Source: Kiritimatiellia bacterium (GTDB taxonomy: Bacteria > Verrucomicrobiota > Kiritimatiellia > RFP12 > JBMNHG01). Taken from it: a DNA stretch of 58,728 nucleotides. A model generated the notes under the pieces. That model worked only from the letters and a program-made list of their open reading frames with translations, had not been told where the DNA came from and did not search any database. A program made the position numbers and the translations under genes. The stretch spans positions 1-58,728 of the forward strand of contig JAZQOE010000069.1 of the NCBI GenBank assembly GCA_045627705.1, read 5' to 3'. This document shows positions 1 through 11,300 of the stretch, piece by piece; the first letter of the stretch is position 1; every line of letters starts with the position of its first letter.

Positions 1-101
1 ATCTCCTTCTCCGCGTCCTCGAACGCCATCTTCTTGAACGCGCACCTGCTCACCAGGTGGTAGTATCCTTCGCCTTCGTTCTTTGCTCTTGCCTTGCGCA
101 T
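1..101 (-). CDS. Partial CDS (first 33 codons, runs off the window edge); possibly an IS200-like / REP-associated Y1 transposase
   Basis: Minus-strand ATG at 99-101 with AAGGAG (complement of 108-113) 6 nt upstream. Translation is MRKARAKNEGEGYYHLVSRCAFKKMAFEDAEKE. The R-x-R...YH(L/V)xSR pattern resembles N-termini of Y1 transposases. The fragment is too short for certainty. Confidence 0.3.
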   Translation of the reverse strand, partial: MRKARAKNEGEGYYHLVSRCAFKKMAFEDAEKE

Positions 102-296
102 GGTTTTCTCCTTTGCACGCATGATACGACGGGACTTGCGGACAAGTCAATACTTAAATAGTCTGTCCCTTTAAGTGGGAATAGGATTAAGTTTGACCAG
201 AAAGGCAATGAGTGAGATGATTTGCCAAATGCAAGTTCGGGTGCGTGCCCGCGTTGCAAAGGGTTTAACCACATCGTTCCAATGATGGAGCAATCA

Positions 297-1412
297 ATGA
301 AGAAGACGAAGATCGGTATCATCGGATGCGGCAACATCAGCGGCATCTACTTCCAGAACTGCCACAAGAATTTCCAGAATCTCGAAGTCGCCGCATGCGC
401 CGACCTCGACATGTCCCGCGCCGAGGCGAAGGCCAAGGAATTCGGCGTTGCCAAGGCATGCTCGGTCGAAGAGCTCCTCGCGGATCCAGAGATCAAGATT
501 GTCGTTAACCTGACAGTTCCAAAGGCTCACGCACAAGTCGCACTTGCCGCGCTCAAGGCCGGTAAGAATGTCCACGGCGAAAAGCCCCTCAGCCTCAACC
601 GCGATGACGCCAAGAAGATTCTCGCCCTTGCGAAGAAGAACAACCTCCGCGTCGGTTCCGCACCCGACACCTTCCTCGGCGCCGGCATCCAGACTTGCCG
701 CAAGCTTATCGATGACGGCTGGATCGGACGCCCCGTTTCCTGCACCGCCTTCATGCAGTGCGCTGGCCACGAGAGCTGGCACCCCTCCCCCGAGTTCTAC
801 TATGAGCTCGGCGGCGGCCCGATGCTCGACATGGGGCCCTACTACCTTACCGCGCTCGTGAATCTCCTCGGTCCCGTCAAGCGCATCACCGGCTCGACCC
901 AGAGCGCGTTCAAGACCCGCACTATCACCAGCCAGCCGAAGTTCGGCAAGGTTGTCCCGGTCGAAACCCCCACTCACCTCGCCGGTGTGATGGATTTCGC
1001 CAATGGTGTCGTCGGAACGATCATCACAAGCTTTGACGTTGTCGCCCATCACCTTCCCAACATCGAAATCCATGGCACGGAAGGTTCGCTGCAGGTTCCA
1101 GACCCGAACTGCTACGGCGGTCCTGTGCGCGTCTTCCGCCGCGGCATGAAAGAATGGCAGGATGTCCCGCTCACCCATGGCTATGCCGAGAACTCCCGCG
1201 GCATCGGCGTGGCCGACATGGCTCTCGCCATCCAGCAGAAGCGCCAACACCGCGCAAACGGCGATCTCGCCTACCACGTGCTCGACCTCATGCTTTCCTT
1301 CCAGGAAGCATCAGAGTCCGGCAAGCACATCCTCGTGAAGAGCACCTGCGAACGCCCCGCACCACTGCCGATGGGCCTCGCGAACGGACTCCTCGAACCA
1401 TTGTTCAAGTAA
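297..1412 (+). CDS. Gfo/Idh/MocA family NAD(P)-dependent oxidoreductase
   Basis: N-terminal Rossmann motif MKKTKIGIIGCGNISG and the conserved EKP motif (GKNVHGEKPLS). GGAG lies 6 nt upstream of ATG 297. Upstream in-frame ATGs at 282/285 are possible alternative starts. Confidence 0.85.
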   Translation: MKKTKIGIIGCGNISGIYFQNCHKNFQNLEVAACADLDMSRAEAKAKEFGVAKACSVEELLADPEIKIVVNLTVPKAHAQVALAALKAGKNVHGEKPLSLNRDDAKKILALAKKNNLRVGSAPDTFLGAGIQTCRKLIDDGWIGRPVSCTAFMQCAGHESWHPSPEFYYELGGGPMLDMGPYYLTALVNLLGPVKRITGSTQSAFKTRTITSQPKFGKVVPVETPTHLAGVMDFANGVVGTIITSFDVVAHHLPNIEIHGTEGSLQVPDPNCYGGPVRVFRRGMKEWQDVPLTHGYAENSRGIGVADMALAIQQKRQHRANGDLAYHVLDLMLSFQEASESGKHILVKSTCERPAPLPMGLANGLLEPLFK

Positions 1413-1476
1413 GCAAACCCAAACGAGCCGCGAGGCGAATGTCTCGCGGCCCTTGTTCCATAAAGGAAGAATGACA

Positions 1477-2262
1477 ATGAAGAAGCCAATCGTCGCCGCG
1501 CAACTCTACTCGTTCCGCGAATTCATGAAGGTTCCTGCCGACATGGCCAAAACGCTCAAGCGCGTCAAGAAGATCGGCTATGACCATGCCCAGGTCTCGG
1601 GTGTCGGCCCAATCGATCCTGCCGACCTCAAGAAACTCTTCGATGATGCTGGCGTCTCCCCAATCGGCGCACATGTTGGCCTCGACAAGTTCCGCAATGA
1701 CCTGAAGGGCGTCGCCGCCTACTGCCATGCACTCGGCATCGAGTATGTCGCGATTCCATGGCTCGACAGCAAGATGTGCAAGACCGCCGCCGACTGGAAA
1801 AAGCTCTTCAAGGAATTTGACGGCTATGCCGTAAAGCTAGCCAAGGAAGGCATCCACGTCCAGTACCACAACCACATGTTCGAGTTCGAGCAGTTCGGCG
1901 TCAAGAACGGCAAGGGCGGCACGACTCTTCTCGAAATGCTCTACTCCAACACCAAGGTCCTTCAGTCCGAACTCGACTTCGGCTGGGTCGCCCGCGGCGG
2001 TCACAGTCCCGCAAAGTGGGCTCTCCGCATGGCAGGCCGCGCCGATCAGGTCCACCTGAAGGATTGGTCGATCGTGAACGGCAACGAGGTCGCTTGGCGC
2101 GCAATCGGCCAGGGCGGCATCGACTGGCCCGAAGTCATCAAGGCCTGCAAGAAGGCCGGAACCCGCTACTTCATCATCGAGCAGGATACCTGCCCGATCA
2201 CAAATGACCCGTTCAAGAGCTTCACGATCAGCCGCGAGTATCTGAAGTCGCTCGGACTGTGA
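1477..2262 (+). CDS. Sugar phosphate isomerase/epimerase (xylose isomerase-like TIM barrel) family protein
   Basis: About 260 aa. Pattern AAQLYSFRE...GYDHAQVSG...IEYVAIPW...HNH..EF...ELDFGW...IIEQD is typical of AP_endonuc_2/xylose-isomerase-like TIM barrels. AGGAAG lies upstream. Start could be ATG 1471 or 1477. Confidence 0.75.
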   Translation: MKKPIVAAQLYSFREFMKVPADMAKTLKRVKKIGYDHAQVSGVGPIDPADLKKLFDDAGVSPIGAHVGLDKFRNDLKGVAAYCHALGIEYVAIPWLDSKMCKTAADWKKLFKEFDGYAVKLAKEGIHVQYHNHMFEFEQFGVKNGKGGTTLLEMLYSNTKVLQSELDFGWVARGGHSPAKWALRMAGRADQVHLKDWSIVNGNEVAWRAIGQGGIDWPEVIKACKKAGTRYFIIEQDTCPITNDPFKSFTISREYLKSLGL

Positions 2263-2328
2263 TAGGAAAGCGGCGGCGTGGGGCGCGCCGCCCGTAGCTC
2301 CACAACGGCCAATCAAGGAATCGCATAC

Positions 2329-4053
2329 ATGAACGCGGCAACACAGTCGAATTCACGCCCTCTCGCCGACCGCATCTCGCAGGGACGCGGCGACGCAAAG
2401 GCGGACCTCGTTATCAAAGGTGTCACGATCTTCCACCTCGCGACAGGTGAACTCGCCACTGGCGACATCGCAATCTGTGGCGACAGGATTGTCGGCGTCG
2501 GCGAATCATACGATGGCGTACGCGAGATCGACGGACGCGGCCTCACCGCCGTTCCGGGCTTCATCGACTCCCACGTGCATGTCGAATCATCGATGGTGAC
2601 ACCACATGAATTCGACCGTCTGGTCCTACCACACGGCACGACCACCGCAGTCTGCGATCCCCACGAATTGTCCAACGTGTGCGGGACGGATGCCATCGAC
2701 TACTTCCTCGATGCATCCTCCCGCCTTTGCATGGATCTTTTCACGAACATCAGCTCATGCGTGCCGGCCTCGCCTTTCGAAACTCCCGGCAAGTCCATTT
2801 CCGCAGAGCAGCTCGGTCGCTACACGACTCATCCGCGTGTGCTTGGTCTCGCCGAGTTCATGAATGTTCCCGGAGTACTCTCACACGACCCCGAATGCCT
2901 CGCCAAGATCGAGGCGTTCGAGGGTCGCGTCGATGGCCACTCGCCAATGCTTTCAGGGCGCGACCTGAACGCATATCTCTCCGCAGGTGTCCGCAACTGC
3001 CACGAATGCACCACCGCAGCCGAAGCGCTCGAAAAGCTTCGCAAGGGCGTGCAAGTCCTCATCCGCGAAGGATCCGTGGCCCGCGAACTCAATGCGCTTC
3101 TCTCTGTGCTCACGCTCGCCAACTCGGCCTGTCTCGGATTCTGCACCGACGACCGCACACCGCCAGATGTCGCCGCCGATGGACATATCGACGGCATTAT
3201 CGCACGCGCAATCGCGGGTGGCGCGGATCCGCTTGCCGTCTATCGCACGGCATCGCTTTCCGCCGCGCGCCACTTCCGTCTCTTCGACCGTGGCCTTGTC
3301 GCCCCTGGCTACAAGGCGGATATCGTTCTTCTCTCCGACCTCCGCAAGTGCACCGTCGCAAAGGTCATCAAGTCCGGCTTGATTGTTGACGACGCACTTT
3401 TCGCTGCGCGTCCCCCTGCCCCGGCATCCGAATTCTGCCGCGGCTCAATCCATTTGCGGAACATCGCCGCAAGCGATTTCGAAGTTCATTCGTCGCATGC
3501 CTCGTCGCCCGTGATCGGCATCATTCCGCTTTCGGTGGTGACAACCCGCATCGACATGGATCTTCCACTCGCCAACGGCGTAAAGAGCGCCGATCCATCC
3601 AACGACGTCGCGAAGATCGCCGTTCTCGAACGCCATGGGCACAACGGCAACATCGGCCTTGGCTTCGTAAAGGGATTCGGTTTCAAGCGCGGCGCGATCG
3701 CATCGAGCGTCGGTCACGATGCGCACAATGTCTGCGTTGTCGGAGCGGACGATGCAAGCATGGCCGCCGCTGTAAATGCTCTTCGCGAATCAAACGGCGG
3801 TTTCGCCGTAGCATGCAATGGCACCGTAACAGACGTGCTTCCCCTGCCCCTTTGCGGACTTCTTTCCGACCGTCCTCACGAGGAAGTCGCCGCGGCATTG
3901 CTGCGCATCAGCAAGTCGGCGCAGAAGCTTGGCACGCCACTTGAATCGCCCTTCCATCAGTTGGCATTCCTGCCACTTTCCGTGATTCCCGCAATGCGCA
4001 TCACGGACAAGGGACTCTTCGACGCTTCGGCTTTCAAATTCGTCGAGCCATAG
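2329..4053 (+). CDS. ade: Adenine deaminase
   Basis: 574 aa. DLVIKGVTIFHLATGEL..DIAICGDRIVGVG..GLTAVPGFIDSHVHVESSMVTPHEF matches the amidohydrolase HxH metal site and adenine deaminase N-terminus. AAGGAA lies 8 nt upstream of ATG 2329. The track ORF starts at an upstream GTG (2278). Confidence 0.85.
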   Translation: MNAATQSNSRPLADRISQGRGDAKADLVIKGVTIFHLATGELATGDIAICGDRIVGVGESYDGVREIDGRGLTAVPGFIDSHVHVESSMVTPHEFDRLVLPHGTTTAVCDPHELSNVCGTDAIDYFLDASSRLCMDLFTNISSCVPASPFETPGKSISAEQLGRYTTHPRVLGLAEFMNVPGVLSHDPECLAKIEAFEGRVDGHSPMLSGRDLNAYLSAGVRNCHECTTAAEALEKLRKGVQVLIREGSVARELNALLSVLTLANSACLGFCTDDRTPPDVAADGHIDGIIARAIAGGADPLAVYRTASLSAARHFRLFDRGLVAPGYKADIVLLSDLRKCTVAKVIKSGLIVDDALFAARPPAPASEFCRGSIHLRNIAASDFEVHSSHASSPVIGIIPLSVVTTRIDMDLPLANGVKSADPSNDVAKIAVLERHGHNGNIGLGFVKGFGFKRGAIASSVGHDAHNVCVVGADDASMAAAVNALRESNGGFAVACNGTVTDVLPLPLCGLLSDRPHEEVAAALLRISKSAQKLGTPLESPFHQLAFLPLSVIPAMRITDKGLFDASAFKFVEP

Positions 4054-4067
4054 CCGATCGCGTCAAA

Positions 4068-4808
4068 TCAATCTTTCATGCAAAGGCCGCCATCAATCAA
4101 GATGGTTTGGCCCGTGATATATGAAGCATCATCCGAAGCAAGGAAACGCACTGCGGCGGCAACTTCGTCTGGCGTTCCCATGCGCCCCATTGGGACAAGT
4201 GAAAGCTGATGCTCGCGGCGAGCGCCAGTGAGTCCCGCGACCATAGGCGTCTCGATAACGCCAGGCGCAACGGCGTTCACCGTGACGCCAACCGACGCGA
4301 GTTCGCGCGCGGCACTGCGGACAAGCCCAAGCAATCCCGCCTTCGACGCGCTGTACGCGGAGTGAAGGGCGTCACCCAACAGCGCAGCATCGGACGAAAC
4401 CACAATGATCCTGCCATGCTTGCGTCGCATCATTGGACGCGCCGCAGCCTTCATGAGACTGAAGACTGAATCAAGGTTCACCGCCATCGTCTCACGCCAG
4501 TCCTCGAATTTCGTGAGGGCGAGGAACTGCGTTTTCTGCAGCCCGGCATTGCAGACAACCACATCGACTGGCCCAACGGAGGCTTCGGCATCGGCAAGAA
4601 GTGCAGGTGCTTCCGCTGGACTTGAAAGATCGCGTGGCGGAAGTGCGAACGCGCCATCGCCAAGTTCGGCCGCGAGTCCTTCCACCCGCGCGACAGACTT
4701 GTTGCCCGCCAGCGCGACCCTGCATCCTGCGGCATGGAGCGCCCTCGCAATAGCGGCGCCGATTGCGCCGGAAGCACCAGTGACCAATGCGTTTGCTTCG
4801 TTAGCCAT
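4068..4808 (-). CDS. SDR family oxidoreductase (FabG-like 3-oxoacyl reductase)
   Basis: TGASGAIGAAIA (TGxxxGxG), NAG, and the catalytic YSASK (YxxxK) motif. 246 aa, classical SDR length. Confidence 0.85.
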   Translation of the reverse strand: MANEANALVTGASGAIGAAIARALHAAGCRVALAGNKSVARVEGLAAELGDGAFALPPRDLSSPAEAPALLADAEASVGPVDVVVCNAGLQKTQFLALTKFEDWRETMAVNLDSVFSLMKAAARPMMRRKHGRIIVVSSDAALLGDALHSAYSASKAGLLGLVRSAARELASVGVTVNAVAPGVIETPMVAGLTGARREHQLSLVPMGRMGTPDEVAAAVRFLASDDASYITGQTILIDGGLCMKD

Positions 4809-4815
4809 GGCAGGA

Positions 4816-5346
4816 CTATTTCTTCAGATACTCGGCAAGAATTGCTTCGGTCACAATCGTTGCGCCAGACGCAGCGGCGACGGCGGCGAGATCGATTCCC
4901 TGCTCGCGCGCCAGACGCTTTGCTTTCGGCGTGGCGCGGATGCCGGCCGATTGCGCTGATGGCGTAGCGGGTGCAGCGGCGACTCCTTGCGAAGACGAGG
5001 CTGTGGAAGTCGCAGGTTGCGCAGCAGGACGCGCACTCACGGCGCCATTCTCCCTTGCGGCCTTTTCGAGAAGCGCGCGGTTTAGTTCCGGAATGGCGGG
5101 ATCAGTTTCGCCGGGTTCGCCGATAAGGGCGAGCACGAATCCAACTGGCACGATACTCTTCAGCGGCGCGAACACCTCAAGCAGAGTGCCGTCTGTAGGG
5201 CACTCCAGCTCAAATGCGGCCTTGTCAGTCGTTACTTCGGCGATCAGTTCGCCCTTTTCGACCTTGTCGCCAGGATTCCGCATCCAGCGTGTGACGGTCA
5301 CGTCAACGAGATTGGCATCGAGAAGTGGAACGGTAAAATGCGTCAT
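4816..5346 (-). CDS. Lipoyl-attachment domain plus E3-binding (peripheral subunit-binding) domain protein; an E2-like protein lacking the acyltransferase catalytic domain
   Basis: N-terminal lipoyl domain with EVTTDKAAFELECP (lipoyl-lysine context), an Ala/Pro-rich linker, then ATPKAKRLAREQGIDLAAV..G..IVTEAIL (PSBD-like). Only 176 aa, so there is no catalytic domain. Its ATG overlaps the stop of the upstream giant gene (ATGA at 5343-5346). Confidence 0.75.
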   Translation of the reverse strand: MTHFTVPLLDANLVDVTVTRWMRNPGDKVEKGELIAEVTTDKAAFELECPTDGTLLEVFAPLKSIVPVGFVLALIGEPGETDPAIPELNRALLEKAARENGAVSARPAAQPATSTASSSQGVAAAPATPSAQSAGIRATPKAKRLAREQGIDLAAVAAASGATIVTEAILAEYLKK

Positions 5347-8300
5347 GGCTCATCCTCTATGGCAGGTTCAGAAATTGAAAGTTCGCCCGAATCGGTGTAG
5401 CTGGCTGGCGGGAGCGGAAGCAAGCGCGGTTCAGAAAGATTGCCTGCACGGTCCCTGACCTTGACTTCGAGCCAGCCGACATTACCGGGCAGTTTCACGC
5501 GGGCGGGACGAAGCGAAAGCTCGGTTGCGGCGCCTCCATCCCACACGAGGCCATCGATACCGCTGGCGTCGTATGCGTTGAAGGTAATCAGATGGTCGGG
5601 TTGCCACGCCATCAGGATTGCGGCCGCACGGATTTGAAGGGCGTATGAATCATCGCCTGGCATGGCGACCAGGAACTCGCGAAGAGGCGGAGCCTCGGCG
5701 AGGCCGGTTTCGTTGCGGAGGAATGCATCGACATCGATGACGAGGTCACGCCATTCTCCGGGCGTCCACCCGGCATTGGCGCCAGCGACAATCCATTCCT
5801 GATCCGAATTTTCCGCCGAGGGCAGCGGGATTGAGAACGGGGCGTTGTCGGCAGGGCGCTTCGCATCCTCCGGCAGATGCTGCGGGGTGAACTGGAGCGT
5901 CATCGGCGGAATGCCTGGCTCCTTTGGAAGCGAAAGCACGCGCGCACTGATGGCGAGATACTGGTGAACACTCGGCTTCCACGGATTCTGCGGGAAGGTA
6001 TGGGCGACAGACGCGTCGTTCGCGCCGTTCACGGCATGCAGCTCGAGGATATACATTCCGTTCGTGACAACCGGTTGCGGTCGGATGTTGCGCGGTCCGC
6101 CTCCGATGAAATCACGCGGCTGGCGGATATCGGGAAGATACCAGAGGAAGTTAGTTCCAGTCCTCGGATGCTGGACGGTCGGCGGCGTCTTGTCGGACGC
6201 ATAGTCTATCGGGATGCGGGCGACATGGGATGCGGGCGCATTGCCCGCGGCATCGGCGATATTCGTGAAGGCGACCTGGAGGACATCTCCATCGTGTGTC
6301 TTCTGTATCTCTCGGCGGAATATCGCCGGCCAGTTCATATTAAAGGTCACGGCATCGGGCATGAAGGAGACAACGCCATTTACGCGGGAAAGGTCAATGT
6401 CACGTCCGTTGCAGTTGACCTTCATTGTCTCGAAGCGGGGCAGCGACCCGCCAAAGGTGTGGAAGGTGACATTGAGCGCCGTGCCATTGTTCTGGTTGGG
6501 CGTCTCGACAATCGAGCTTTCGATCGTGATTGCGCGGCGGTCGAGCATAAACGGCACGTCCGTCACTGGAGACCAGGCTCCCAAGCCATCGGAAGCTGTG
6601 AGGACCAAGTGGTGTACGCCGTCCTGCAAATGGCCGAGGAATGGCTTGTACGGCACGTCGTTGGTGATCGATATCCACGGAGCGATACCTGGCACGCCAT
6701 CGGCGCGGACGACGGCGTTTGTCCTGGCGGACCACGGTTCGGGACCTTCGACGATAGCGCAGAGCACTGTCGCCACGCCATCTGGATCCGAGAATGAAGG
6801 CGTGATTGAAAGCGGCAGGTTTGGACCGACGACGGGGCCGCCCACCAACTCATCGACATCGAGGAAACTGTAGCGGCCGGTCTGGTCCTGTCCGTTGAAG
6901 GACCCAATCACGAGATCGGCTGGCTGTACCGCGTAGCCATTGCGGAACTGGCGCGCGCCGATGGCATCCGCCATCACGCCAAACCAAGTCTGCCACGGCT
7001 CGCGCGGATCGTCGGGATAATCGAGCGTCAAGGGGTCAAGCGCGGCCGGAGGCGTCGCGAAGCGGACAGGGCGCGCGTTCGGATGCGACTCCGTGAAATT
7101 CGCGAAACCGTAACCGACAGTCTGGAGCGAGACAATCGGCAATGCGCCGCCGCGACGGTACTTCATGGAGAACAGCGGCGTGGCGCCAAGATCGATAAGC
7201 CCTGGCGCAAGCGAAGCCTGGAGCCGGCCAGGCGCGCCATTGTTGGCGATATGCAGATACGAACCGAATGGGAAACCGTCATCCTGCAGGATGCGCAGTG
7301 GCTGGCTGCGCTGGTGGCTCGCGGTAAGCGCGGGAGCGCGCGTCTCGAAGCCCTGGTAGAAACCGCGCTCGATGCGCATCGCGAGCAGGACCGGGGGGAC
7401 ATTGGTAATGGCGGAAAGTTCCGAGAACTGGCGCGGACGGAATATCTGCTTGAAGACCCGGCCATCGCGCTGGCGCACGGAAAGCGTCATGTCGGCATCT
7501 GTCTGCGCCGGACGCGGAATGTACGCGAGAACGGAGTTGCCGTTGTCAACGAATGATGCCGCGATGGGCTGCCCATTGACCTGCACTTCCTGGACATCGA
7601 GCGTCCGTTGAGGCCATGGCAGCGTCGAATGGATCAGGAATGAATCGGAAGGATCGGAAAGCAGCTCGGCCTTGAGACCGAACGAAGTGCGCGGCGTGAT
7701 GCCCCAAGACAGCTTGGCATTGCGCGGATCGATTTCCTTGGGCAGGTCGATCGTCTGTATTTCACCGATAGGCATCGCAAGCGCCTTCTTCTCGATCTCG
7801 TCAAGCGTCGGACGAAGGGAATCGGGACCCGACAAAAGCGGCGCGCCGTTGATTATCGGGCGGAGATTCCGAATCGCATACCATGCGCCGGGCGGCGTCG
7901 CACCAATGCCCTCCTGCGCCTCGCTGGGCTGGAAGGAACCGAATCCCTCGAAGATCACGCGCGTATTGGTAACGGCTTTTTCAACTGGAATCCAAACCTG
8001 CACGGGAGTCCACACGAGGGTCTTCGCGCCATCAGGTGTCGGCGGCACATTTGCGGAACCTGCGAGACGGCGCGGGCCGCGCGTTTCAAAGAGGCCGCCA
8101 AGCGGGAACGAATAGACGGCGTTCGTGATAATCGACTTGCCTGCAGGTTCGCAAATCGCGAAGCCGACTTCGGGACGCGCTTCAGGATGACGCGCCACCT
8201 CGAAGCTCCAGCCAAGGATCGTGTGGATCTGTCGCATCGGGATGTTCGCCCGCGCAGAGAACTCGCCGGCGCCTAGACTGGACTCGACGCGCATCACGGG

Positions 8301-11300
8301 ACGGCCGTCCTTGTCAGGCGTGAACGAGAGGATTGGGCGGCTCACGGGATCGTCGGCCGTCCAAAGCGAAGGGTCGAGCATTTCGACAGGCCAAGTGCTG
8401 GCGCAGACATTCGTGATGCCAGCGGGGACAACCGCAGCGCTCTTGCGCGGCTTCGCCTTCGCGGCGGCTTCGCCCACAGGGAGCTCGCGGATCGCGAAGC
8501 GGCGCGGACGGATTTCATCAGCGGTGATCCTGACGCGCGCCACCATCATCGAGTTGCGGTATGTCCAGATTCCAAAGATGCCGGAAGAAAGCGGATCGGG
8601 ATCGCTCCAGGCGAAAACGGGAACATTGTCGAAGATGTATTCGAGACGCGAGCCGAGACGGCGCAAGCGCATCGCGTACCACGCGCCGTGGACATCGCGG
8701 CCCGCCGCGACGAGCGGTTCGACAATGCGGCGGGCGTTGCCGTCGCGGAAGCGCGGCGCGAGATAACGGTCGGAGACGGCCTTTGTCTCGCCGTTGCGAA
8801 CAAGGCGCGTGCGCAGCTGCGACGAATCGGGATCCCAGCCTGTGCAGATCACGGAATAGCCATCGCCGGCACCGCCGCGCTTGCTGAGCACGGTAAGGTT
8901 GAAGTCGCCGACTCGGTCATACCAGCCATGGCGCTCGCCGGCGTAGAACTCCATGCTGAAATCGCCGCCGACCTCCATCTTCGACCAAAGCGCTGCGAGG
9001 GTGTCGGCGCTTTCGCCGTTCATGTGCGACCACGAAGGCTCGCACTGGAAGCGGTTCACGACCTCCCACTTGCCTCCGTTGATTGTCCAGCCGGCGAGCG
9101 ATTCGTTGAAGAGGCAGTCAACGACATGGTCGCGCATGATGCGCGTGTGGCGCAGATGCTCAAGCGCGAGGCCTTTCACGCGCATGCGGCGGCCCACGGG
9201 GCGCTCCGGCAGATGGACGCGCGCAAGGATGCCTGTCGGGCATGACACCCAGAACAGATGGCCATCGAGATGGGCGTCGGCGATTTGGTAATCCACGGCG
9301 GGCTGCGCGCCTACCGCATCGAAGTGCGTGACTGGAATCGCGGAAACAGGGAACTCGGCCTCCGCGAGAACGGCGCCTTCGAAGTTTGTAGCCACAAGTT
9401 TCGCGATACCGTTTGCGACAATGATCTGGCATGCGCCTGGCAGTTCCTCGGGTGTCGGCGCGACAATCTGGTAGGTTGTCGCGGGCGGCGAAAACTCATC
9501 GCCTTCCGTCGGCGCGGGTTCCGGCACCGCGACATGCAACTCCATCGGGTCGGCGATCGGGAGCCGCACATCGACGCGGCCGAGGAAGTCCGAACGGAAC
9601 CACGCATTGCCGTCCGGCGTCTGCAGCCACTGCCCTTCGGGCGAAGCCCAGTTCTTCATGAACGGATCGTTCACGTAGCTCATGTTCTTTTCGAAACGGT
9701 CGCGGTAGAGTGGCGCCGAAGCGCGGGAAAGCGGCATGAGCGCACGCGCCTCGCCGCCCTGCCCAACGAACAAGCCGCAAGCGCCTTCGACCGGCTTGTC
9801 AGTCGCCGCGAGCACAACGAGTTCTCCATTCACCCGACCGGAGATTTCGCCTGCGTCCATCGCATCCATGACAAGGTGGAAGGATTTCGCTTCGGAAGCG
9901 GGAAGACGCTGTTCATCGGCGATTTCGTCCCCGCGCAGCAGCCTGGCGCAAATACCATCGTCCGCGCGTACGATCGCAAGGCGCCATGCGGGGGCATTCG
10001 TTCCATTCCATCCTGCGACAAGGCCGAATTCCCCGCAGTCGGAATCGGGGACAAATACGGTCTCAAAGCGGCGCGGCGCATCGGCAGTCGAACCAAGGAG
10101 GAGAAGCCCCTCGGCATTCTTTTCGGCTTCGAGACGGAGATGTCGCGCGGTTTCGAACGGCACATCGCGCGGGACTTCGACCTTGCCTGGCTTGCCGCTC
10201 TTTACGCTTGTGTGCGCCGTGTCGGAAAGCGTGGCGGAAACGATGTCCTCTTCCGTCGCGAAAACCATGTCGCCATGCGTGCCAGCCGAGACATCGTCGA
10301 AGCGTGCGCCGTCGGCGCCATTCTGGAAAAGACCGAATTGTCCGCCAGGCGGAAGTGCGCCCTCGTAGGCGAAGACATCGATGCCGTCAACGGCGCAGGC
10401 GATACGGCCGGGATAAATCCTGGCCTCGAGTGCATACCACTGTCCGGGAAGAAGGTCTGTCGCCACGGAACGCAACGTCTCGCGACTCGCGTCGAGATCG
10501 TCGATGCGTCCGCGCCAGAGGTCAAAGGCGAGACGTCCGTCTTCTGGATTGTCGCGGCAAGTGAAGCCATACGCGTTCAAGTCGGCATCGACGAGGAAGA
10601 CGATGCCGTTCGTGCCGCCGCACTCGTGGTGAAGCGCGGCCTTCATGCGGTAGCGGTCGTAAAATGCTTCGCCGGCGACAATCACGGCATTGGTGCCGCG
10701 GCCGTCGAGGGCATAGAAATTCGGGCTGTGTTCAGCGGTGGGCTGGCGTCCGAGCTTGGCCTTGGCGTTCGCGCCGGAAACGGAACCGGTAACGGTGTGC
10801 ATTCGCCAGTCGCCCTGGAGTATTTCCCAGTTGCGGAGAGGATCTGCGGTTCCTTCGGGAACCATGAAGGCATCGTCGAAGCGGAACGAACCGACACGCT
10901 GCTGATAGTCGCCGGGGGCATCGGAATCATCGCCGGGAACGACATCCGCGGGAGTAGAAACGCGAACCACGCCCTCCCAGGCCTCGCGGAAGCGAACGGC
11001 CAACTGATTGTCAACGAATATCCCCCACCCTTCGGGGAGACGCTGCCATGCGACATTCGCCCATTCGCCTTCTGGCGCCTTGAATGGCGTGGCCGTGAAC
11101 GCCTTTGGAGCGAACGACCCCTTCTTCAGTTCGGCACCCTTGCGGGGCAAAAGCGTCAATTCCATTACCTCGCTGGATTCGACATTTTCAAGGCGCAAGG
11201 GAATCGACGTCCCATTCCAAAGACACGACATCGTGGCGAGCAAGCTGCGCTCCGGCGATTCGATTCGCGCAGTCCATTCCGTTTCCGCGCGGATGCCAAA

